A DNA stretch of 64,000 nt, taken from contig JAGOOP010000002.1 of NCBI GenBank assembly GCA_017992455.1, positions 80,912-144,911 on the forward strand. Reading direction: 5' to 3'. The translations under genes were made by a program, and so were the position numbers. This document shows, piece by piece, positions 58,051-64,000 of this stretch. The notes below the pieces were generated by a model. That model was not told where the DNA came from, made no database searches, and saw only the letters and a program-made list of their open reading frames with translations. The stretch's first letter is position 1, and every line of letters begins with the position of its first letter. This DNA comes from Candidatus Omnitrophota bacterium. Lineage in GTDB: Bacteria; Omnitrophota; Gorgyraeia; Gygaellales; Profunditerraquicolaceae.

Positions 58051-59358
58051 CTATGCATAGGCGCTGCCTCTGCCGATGCACTTGTACACGAACCCCGCGT
58101 CGATCATCTGCTGCGGGTCATAGATATTCCGTGCGTCGATGACGATGGGCTGGCGCAGAAGCTTTTTCATCTTTGCGAGGTCCAGCTTCCTGAATTCGTC
58201 CCACTCGGTCATGACCAGACAGCAATCCGCGCCTTTGCATGCGTCGTACGCGCTCTTGCACAAAGTAACGCCCGTAAGCGCCTGCTTTGCCTTTTCAAGC
58301 GCCTGAGGGTCATATGCCCTGATATTCGCGCCTTCATCCTTGAGCAATTTCACGATGTCGATGGCGATTGAATTCCTGATATCATCGGTAAGCGCTTTAA
58401 AACTGAGGCCGAGCACCGCGATCGTTTTGCCCTTGATGATCCAGAGCGCGTCTGCGACCTTTTTCATGATAAGTTTTTTCTGGTCGTGGTTGATCTTGCG
58501 CACCGCCTTGAGCAGATCGAAATTGTAGCCTTTGGTTTCGGCAAGATGGATGAACGCGTCGAGGTCCTTGGGAAAACAGTTGCCGCCGAATCCGGCGCCT
58601 GCGTTGAGGAACTGGCGTGCAATGCGCTTGTCAAACCCCATGCCCTCGGCGACCTTCTCCACGTCCGCGTTGACCCGCTCGCAGATATTGGCGACCGCGT
58701 TGATATACGAGATCTTGGTCGAAAGAAAGGAATTGCAAGCGTGCTTGATGATCTCCGCCGTGGTGATATTGGTCACCAGAAGCGGTGCCTTGATGGGCCG
58801 GTACAGGTCCCTCATGATCTTTTCCGCGCGCTTGCTTTCAACGCCTACGACGATCCGGTCCGGATGGAGCGTATCCTCGACCGCGTGGCCTTCGCGCAGG
58901 AACTCAGGGTTGGAGGCAACGTCGAAATCCCCCTTGCCTTTGGTGATCATCCTGACCGTGCGCTTGATCTTCTCGTGCGTTTCAGCCGGGACCGTGCTCT
59001 TTCCCACGATGACCTTGTATTCCGTCATGGCGCGGCCGATCTCGCTTGCGACGCGCTCGACCATGGAAAGGTCGGCGCCGCCGTCAGGCAAAGGCGGGGT
59101 GTTGACGCAGATAAATATCACCGTCGAGCCCTGCGCCGCGTCCTTGATGCTGTTCGAGAAGATCAGCCTTTTCGCTTTTTGATTCTTTCGCACCAGTTCT
59201 GCAAGGCCGGGTTCGAAAATGGGAATAATGCCTTTTTTCAGATTCTCGAGTTTTTTACGGTCATTGTCAACGCATATGATGCGATGGCCGAGTTCCGCAA
59301 GGCACGTCGCGGTCACAAGCCCGACGTATCCGGCTCCAATAACAGCTGCTTTCTGCAT
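58051..59358 (-). CDS. ugd: UDP-glucose 6-dehydrogenase
   Basis: Trimmed to the ATG at 59358 with AGGAGG at 59365-59370. Contains AAVIGAGYVGLVTATCLAELGH, GFGGNCFPKD and LGLSFKALTDDIRNS. Confidence 0.9.
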   Translation of the reverse strand: MQKAAVIGAGYVGLVTATCLAELGHRIICVDNDRKKLENLKKGIIPIFEPGLAELVRKNQKAKRLIFSNSIKDAAQGSTVIFICVNTPPLPDGGADLSMVERVASEIGRAMTEYKVIVGKSTVPAETHEKIKRTVRMITKGKGDFDVASNPEFLREGHAVEDTLHPDRIVVGVESKRAEKIMRDLYRPIKAPLLVTNITTAEIIKHACNSFLSTKISYINAVANICERVNADVEKVAEGMGFDKRIARQFLNAGAGFGGNCFPKDLDAFIHLAETKGYNFDLLKAVRKINHDQKKLIMKKVADALWIIKGKTIAVLGLSFKALTDDIRNSIAIDIVKLLKDEGANIRAYDPQALEKAKQALTGVTLCKSAYDACKGADCCLVMTEWDEFRKLDLAKMKKLLRQPIVIDARNIYDPQQMIDAGFVYKCIGRGSAYA

Positions 59359-59373
59359 GCAAGACCTCCTTAA

Positions 59374-59441
59374 AAACTTAGGGACGGTTCTCAAACTTAG
59401 GCAAACTTAGGGACGGTTCTCCAAACTTAGGGACGGTTCTC
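59374..59441. repeat. Tandem direct repeat array, 20-nt period: three full copies of AAACTTAGGGACGGTTCTC plus one truncated copy
   Basis: Full copies lie at 59374-59392, 59403-59421 and 59423-59441. A 9-nt partial copy lies at 59393-59401. The full copies are identical when read by eye. Confidence 0.9.
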
Positions 59442-59473
59442 GAAATCGAAATCCGAGAACCGTCCCTAAGTTT
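59423..59473 (-). terminator. Perfect 20-bp stem / 11-nt loop hairpin immediately after the manC stop (third direct copy paired with an inverted copy)
   Basis: The stem pairs 59423-59442 aaacttagggacggttctcg with 59454-59473 cgagaaccgtccctaagttt. The loop is aaatcgaaatc. There is no canonical U-tract after the stem, so terminator function is uncertain. Confidence 0.4.
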
Positions 59474-60855
59474 TACTTTCGTCCGAAATCGTCCTTCAAG
59501 CGCACGATATCGTCTTCTTCTAGATATTTTCCCGCCTGCACTTCAATGATCTTTAAAACCTGATTCTTTGACGGATTACAAAGCCGGTGCTTGCAGCCGA
59601 CCGGAATGTATGTGCTTTCGTTCGCGTCAAAAATAAAACTCTTCCTTCCCCTGACGATCTTTGCCGTTCCCTCGACCACAACCCAGTGCTCGCTGCGCTT
59701 TTTATGGTACTGCAGGCTCAATGCGCACCCCGGCTTGACCTCAACCTGCTTGACCTTGAACCCGTCGCCCATGTCAAGCACGGTATACGAGCCCCACGGC
59801 CGCTTCGCGGTCTTATGCACATAGTGTTCCTGGCGCCTGCGCGCTTTCAGATCGTCCACGACTTTCTTCACGTCCTCGGTCCGGTCCTTTTTCGTGATCA
59901 AAAGCGCGTCAGGTGTATCCACGATCACCAGATCGTCGAGCCCGATCGTCGCGATAAGCCGGTCCGAGCCGACAACGGTAATGTTTTTACTGCCGATATT
60001 GACGACGTCCGCTTTCATGACGTTGCCTGCCCTATCCTTGGGCAGGATCTCGTCCCATGCCTGCCATGAACCGAGGTCAGACCATCCCAGCCCCGTTGCC
60101 GCGATCATGGCCAGATCCTTTGTTTTCTCTAAGACGCCGTAATCGAACGAGATCGCCGGCATCTTTTTCCAGACCTTGACGATATCGCCGGCGGTCTGCA
60201 TGCGCGGCAGAATGGCATATATAGCGGGCAGGCATTTCTTATAGGCATTGAGAAAAGCCTTGCTCGATCCGACGAATATGCCGCCGTTCCAGTAATACCT
60301 GCCGCTTGCGACAAATCGCTTTGCCGTCGCGAGGTCAGGTTTCTCGGTAAAGCGCTTGACGGACAAGCCATTTCCCCGCTCGATATATCCGTAACCGGTC
60401 GCGGGCCGCGAGGGCGGGATCCCCAGGATCACCAGTGTATCGTCGCAAAGCGAAAAAGCCTTGCGCACCAGTTGCAGGAACCGTGCTTTATTCTTGATCA
60501 GATGATCGCACGGCAGAACGGCAATGCGGCCATACGGGTCGCGGCGGTGAATAAGCATGGCGCACACGCCGATCGAAGGCGCGGTGTTCCTGCCGTCAGG
60601 CTCGTAAATGATATTCTGTTCGGGGATACGGTGAGGCTTTACCAGTTCGGCTATCTGGCTGCGGTAGAGTTCGGATGTGGCGATAAAGATGTTCAGCGGC
60701 GGGATGAGCCGGCTGATGCGGATTATGGTCTGCTCAAAAAGGCTTTTGTCCTGATGAAGGGATAAGAACTGTTTTGGCTCGAGCGTCCTGCTCTGCGGCC
60801 AGAACCTGCTTCCCTGTCCGCCTGCCAGCAGCACAGCAAAATTATGGTTCGCCAT
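59473..60855 (-). CDS. manC: Mannose-1-phosphate guanylyltransferase / mannose-6-phosphate isomerase (bifunctional ManC/CpsB type)
   Basis: ATG at 60855; the track start at 60858 is a TTG. Contains FAVLLAGGQGSRFWP. The C-terminal cupin reads RPWGSYTVLD...QYHKKRSEHWVVVEGTA. Confidence 0.9.
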   Translation of the reverse strand: MANHNFAVLLAGGQGSRFWPQSRTLEPKQFLSLHQDKSLFEQTIIRISRLIPPLNIFIATSELYRSQIAELVKPHRIPEQNIIYEPDGRNTAPSIGVCAMLIHRRDPYGRIAVLPCDHLIKNKARFLQLVRKAFSLCDDTLVILGIPPSRPATGYGYIERGNGLSVKRFTEKPDLATAKRFVASGRYYWNGGIFVGSSKAFLNAYKKCLPAIYAILPRMQTAGDIVKVWKKMPAISFDYGVLEKTKDLAMIAATGLGWSDLGSWQAWDEILPKDRAGNVMKADVVNIGSKNITVVGSDRLIATIGLDDLVIVDTPDALLITKKDRTEDVKKVVDDLKARRRQEHYVHKTAKRPWGSYTVLDMGDGFKVKQVEVKPGCALSLQYHKKRSEHWVVVEGTAKIVRGRKSFIFDANESTYIPVGCKHRLCNPSKNQVLKIIEVQAGKYLEEDDIVRLKDDFGRK

Positions 60856-60866
60856 CAACCGTCCTT

Positions 60867-61211
60867 TCAGGAATTATTCAATGCCGCATAGCTGCCGCGA
60901 TCCAGCATAATAAGAGCGTTCAGCAGCAGAGCGTTATCCTCGAACCTCGGCGATGCTTCGGCATAAAGCCCGGCAAGAACTTCATTAAAACGCGCCAGTT
61001 CCCTGATACGTCCCGACTCGGTCTGCAGGCCGATCGTCAGCCACGTCAATTCGAGCGCCCGCTCATAGCAGCGTTTGGCCTCATCCGCGTCGGATTTCCC
61101 GATCCACACCCCTGCCCTGTTCAGTTCATTGGCGATCATAAGGACCTGGCTGGTGAACCCAAAGGATTGCCAGCGTTCAGGAGTCAGCGTCGAATGATAT
61201 TTAAGCGCCAT
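60867..61211 (-). CDS. Small helical hypothetical protein
   Basis: 114 aa (MALKYHSTLTPERWQSFGFTSQVLMIANELNRA...). I recognise no motif. It overlaps the upstream DUF5674-like gene by 11 nt. Confidence 0.5.
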   Translation of the reverse strand: MALKYHSTLTPERWQSFGFTSQVLMIANELNRAGVWIGKSDADEAKRCYERALELTWLTIGLQTESGRIRELARFNEVLAGLYAEASPRFEDNALLLNALIMLDRGSYAALNNS

Positions 61212-61548
61212 AGTCGACCAGCGTATCCATGAGGCCCGATATACGTTCCCGCACGCCCGCGTCGTTGACGACCATGCTTTTATTGCCCTGATGGGGACGG
61301 ATATTGATCAGCGACGTGTATTCGATAAAATCCGCGCGGGATTTATGGGGGTACAGATTGATACCCCACAGATCATCCTGGCAAGAGCCGTCTTTGATCA
61401 GCTCAGCTTCAAGGTCGGCGTGCAATTCAGCATCGAGCGCGAACACGCCCCTTTTAATGTCGATAACCGCCTTGCTCGCAGTTTCGAAATGGGTCAGGTA
61501 TTTCTCGATGATTTCCTGCTTGGTGATCCTGGTCCTGATGATATCCAT
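61201..61548 (-). CDS. DUF5674-like small protein
   Basis: 115 aa. Contains ALDAELHADLEAELIKDGSCQDDLWGINLYP...INIRPHQGNKSM. I recall this pattern as the DUF5674 family, with moderate certainty. Confidence 0.55.
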   Translation of the reverse strand: MDIIRTRITKQEIIEKYLTHFETASKAVIDIKRGVFALDAELHADLEAELIKDGSCQDDLWGINLYPHKSRADFIEYTSLINIRPHQGNKSMVVNDAGVRERISGLMDTLVDYGA

Positions 61549-61549
61549 A

Positions 61550-62716
61550 TTACGCGATAACTTTGAGGAACCGCCGGGATCCGATCTTCAGCACGCCTGA
61601 CGAGCTGATCCGGGCGTTGACGTCGATCACTTTTACGTTGTCGAATTCAATGCCGCCCTGCTGGATCAAGCGCCGGGCCTCGTTCTTGCTCTTGACCTGG
61701 CCGCCTGCCACCAGGATATCCACGATATTCGTTTCGCCGGATACCCTGTATTCCGCCATATCCTGCGGCAATTCCTTCGAGGCGAATACCCGGCTGAATT
61801 CCGCCGCGGCCTCGTCTGCGATCTGCGGAGAGTAATATTGCGCGATGATCGACTTTGCCAGGCGGACCTTGGCTTCCTTCGGATGCATGGCGTTGACCCC
61901 GTTGATATCGTCGTCGGTCAGGAGCGTATAATACTTGATCATGAGCTCATCGGATATGGACATGATCTTGCCGAACATATCCTGCGGCCGGTCGTTGATG
62001 GCTATGTAATTGCCCAGGGACTTGCTCATCTTGTTCACGCCGTCAGTGCCTTCCAGAAGCGGCATGGTGATGACGACCTGCGGCTCCTGGCCGAAATCCC
62101 TCTGCATCTCCCTGCCCTGGAGCAGATTGAATATCTGATCGGTGCCGCCGAGCTCGACGTCAGCGTGAAGAAAGACCGAATCATACCCCTGGAGTATCGG
62201 ATACATGAATTCCAGAAGGGAAACGTCCTGGTTGCTGTCGAGCCGTTTCTTGAAATCCTCGCGCTGGGCCATCTGCGCCACGGTCGCATGCATGGTAAGG
62301 CCAAGGAATCGCGCGACCGACATCTTCTCGAACCAATCGCTGTTGAAAACCACCTTGATCTTGTCGATATCCAGGACCTTGCTCACCTGCATCTGGTAGG
62401 TCTTTGCGTTCTTCCTGGCTTCTTCCTTGCTCAAAGTCTTGCGCACCACCGACCTGCCCGTCGGGTCTCCGATCTGCGCGGTAAAATCCCCGATCAGAAA
62501 ATACACCTCGTGGCCGAGGTCCTGGAACTGGCGCAGTTTCCTCAAAAGGACCGTATGGCCCACATGGATATCCGGCGCGGTCGGGTCAAAGCCGGCCTTC
62601 ACGCGCAGCGGCCGGTTCTCCTTGCGCGCTGCCTCCAGCTTCCTGGCCAGTTCCTCTTCGGAAACGATCCCCGCCGCCCCGCGCTTAATTACCTCGATCT
62701 GTTTTTGAATATCCAT
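61550..62716 (-). CDS. tyrS: Tyrosine--tRNA ligase
   Basis: 388 aa. HIGH-type motif [14 protein letters not shown] motif KMSKSLGN and a C-terminal S4-like domain ([21 protein letters not shown]). Confidence 0.92.
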   Translation of the reverse strand: MDIQKQIEVIKRGAAGIVSEEELARKLEAARKENRPLRVKAGFDPTAPDIHVGHTVLLRKLRQFQDLGHEVYFLIGDFTAQIGDPTGRSVVRKTLSKEEARKNAKTYQMQVSKVLDIDKIKVVFNSDWFEKMSVARFLGLTMHATVAQMAQREDFKKRLDSNQDVSLLEFMYPILQGYDSVFLHADVELGGTDQIFNLLQGREMQRDFGQEPQVVITMPLLEGTDGVNKMSKSLGNYIAINDRPQDMFGKIMSISDELMIKYYTLLTDDDINGVNAMHPKEAKVRLAKSIIAQYYSPQIADEAAAEFSRVFASKELPQDMAEYRVSGETNIVDILVAGGQVKSKNEARRLIQQGGIEFDNVKVIDVNARISSSGVLKIGSRRFLKVIA

Positions 62717-62739
62717 AGACGCTTCTCTTTAAAGGGCTG

Positions 62740-62811
62740 AAAACGGGGTCAGAATTATTTATTTTCCCCGCGATCAGAATTATGGAAAATAAATAATTCT
62801 GACCCCGTTTT
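62740..62811 (-). terminator. 28-bp perfect inverted repeat with a 16-nt loop between rpsA and tyrS (probable rpsA terminator / regulatory hairpin)
   Basis: The left arm 62740-62767 is aaaacggggtcagaattatttattttcc. The right arm 62784-62811 is its exact reverse complement. The loop is ccgcgatcagaattat. The arms end in a TTTT/AAAA run on either strand. Confidence 0.5.
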
Positions 62812-62840
62812 TAGCCTTGTTTTAAGCTTCGTTTCCGGCT

Positions 62841-64000
62841 TTACAGCTTGGCGGAAAGGCCGATCTTGCCCTGGTCGACGTCGACTTTGATGATCTTGAC
62901 GCGGATCTTGTCGCCGGGTTTCAGCGCCTTGAGCCTGTCCTGCTCTATTTCGTTCGTGAACACGAGACCTTCGAGCTCCTCGTTGATCTTCACGAACACG
63001 CCGAAGTCCGTGATGCTGACCACCTCGGTCTCCAGCACGGTCTCAAGCGGGTATTTCTGCGCGATCTCGGGCCACGGGTTGGTCTGCAGCTGCTTCAGGC
63101 CGAGCGCGATACGCTGGTTCTGCGCGTCCACGGAGAGAATGGTCACATCGACCTTCTGCCCCTTTTTGAGCACGTCCTGAGGATTGGCGATCCTTCTCGT
63201 CCACGAAAGGTCCGAGATATGGATCATGCCTTCCAGGTTCGAATCGAGCTCCACGAACACGCCGTACTTGGTGAACGACTTGACCTTGCCGGAAACATGC
63301 GTGCCGGCAGGGAACTTCGCGTCAGCGTCGATCCACGGATTCTGCTCCATCTGTTTGATCGACAGCGCGATGCGGCGCGCGTCCTTGTCGACGGTCAGAA
63401 TGATCGCCTCGACCATATCGCCGATGGCATACACCTCTCCGGGATTATTGATCTTCTTGGTCCAGGAGATCTCCGAGATATGGATCAGCCCCTCGATCCC
63501 TTTCTCAAGCTCGACGAATACGCCGTAGGGAAGGATATTGACCACTTTGCCCTTGACCTGCGACCTGACGACGTATTTGTTCGCGATATCCTGCCACGGA
63601 TCAGGCAGGCGCTGTTTCAGGCCGAGCGATATCTTGCCCGATTCGCGGTCCATGTTCAAAAGCATGACCTCGATCTTATCCCCGACCGCGACGACCTCAG
63701 ACGGATGCGAGATCTTCGACCAGGACATGTCGGTGATATGCAGAAGCCCGTCCACGCCGCCCAGGTCGATGAACGCGCCGAAATCCGTGATCGCCTTCAC
63801 GTTGCCCGGGTAGATATTGCCGATCTTAAGCTCTTTCCAGATCCGCTCCCGCGCCTCTTCGCGCTCTTTCTGTATGGCCTCGCGGCGCGACAGGATGATC
63901 CCGTAGCGCAGCTTGTTGATCTTGATGATCTTGAACTTGAACGTGCGGCCGAGGATGTCCTTGTCCATCATGCCCTTGAACGCGGACAATGACGCGGGCA
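62841..64000 (-). CDS. rpsA: 30S ribosomal protein S1 (5' end beyond the right edge of the window)
   Basis: Repeated S1/OB domains (GNVKAITDFGAFIDLGGVDGLLHITDMSW; GKVVNILPYGVFVELEKGIEGLIHISEISW; GKVKSFTKYGVFVELDSNLEGMIHISDLSW; VVSITDFGVFVKI). The frame stays open to position 64000, and the track start at 63989 is a TTG Leu codon. Confidence 0.92.
   Translation of the reverse strand, partial: PASLSAFKGMMDKDILGRTFKFKIIKINKLRYGIILSRREAIQKEREEARERIWKELKIGNIYPGNVKAITDFGAFIDLGGVDGLLHITDMSWSKISHPSEVVAVGDKIEVMLLNMDRESGKISLGLKQRLPDPWQDIANKYVVRSQVKGKVVNILPYGVFVELEKGIEGLIHISEISWTKKINNPGEVYAIGDMVEAIILTVDKDARRIALSIKQMEQNPWIDADAKFPAGTHVSGKVKSFTKYGVFVELDSNLEGMIHISDLSWTRRIANPQDVLKKGQKVDVTILSVDAQNQRIALGLKQLQTNPWPEIAQKYPLETVLETEVVSITDFGVFVKINEELEGLVFTNEIEQDRLKALKPGDKIRVKIIKVDVDQGKIGLSAKL

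Noticed and set aside
59374-59473. Possible CRISPR array, because of regularly spaced identical repeats
   Set aside because: The repeats are contiguous, with 1-nt spacers and a 20-nt period. They have no unique spacers, and there are no cas genes in the window. This is not CRISPR, so I reported it as a tandem/inverted repeat element.

Overview
The window is almost entirely coding, and every gene I can support lies on the minus strand. I call 60 CDS; two are cut by the window edges and one contains an intein. Reading in the direction of transcription (right to left), it starts with housekeeping genes: rpsA (partial, cut by the window edge) and tyrS. These are followed by a DUF5674-type small-protein pair. 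The rest is a surface-glycan biosynthesis array of about 60 kb.

The array encodes:
- nucleotide-sugar supply for GDP-Man/GDP-Fuc (manC, gmd, fcl) and UDP-GlcA/UDP-Xyl (ugd, uxs);
- a complete pseudaminic-acid-type nonulosonic acid (NulO) route (pseB, pseC, GNAT, PseG-like domain, NeuB-family synthase, cytidylyltransferase);
- a second NeuB/NeuA pair and a third cytidylyltransferase;
- six PLP aminotransferases from four fold classes;
- four radical-SAM enzymes, one with a B12-binding domain;
- nine class-I SAM methyltransferase domains;
- a stand-alone ThDP E1 alpha/beta pair;
- three tandem GT-B-like proteins sharing an xHP motif;
- a Wzx flippase and several polytopic Wzy/ligase/GT-C-like membrane proteins;
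- a PglC-like initiating phosphoglycosyltransferase and a PglF/CapD-like dehydratase;
- an LPS-core-type end (O-antigen ligase-like protein, DUF4254, GT9 heptosyltransferase, GT2 running off the left edge).

Genes are packed tightly. I verified 17 ATGA stop/start overlaps by eye.

The most unusual object is a papain-family (C1) cysteine peptidase gene interrupted exactly at its catalytic cysteine by a 344-aa intein carrying a LAGLIDADG homing endonuclease. The intein sits in a visibly AT-rich DNA patch.

Other non-standard items are:
- a 20-nt tandem repeat array plus an inverted copy between manC and ugd;
- a 28-bp perfect inverted repeat between rpsA and tyrS;
- an uncharacterised protein with a GxW repeat;
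- a SemiSWEET transporter inside the glycan cluster.

I saw no rRNA, tRNA, CRISPR array, transposase or integrase. All function calls rest on motif and family recognition from the translations. No database search was possible.
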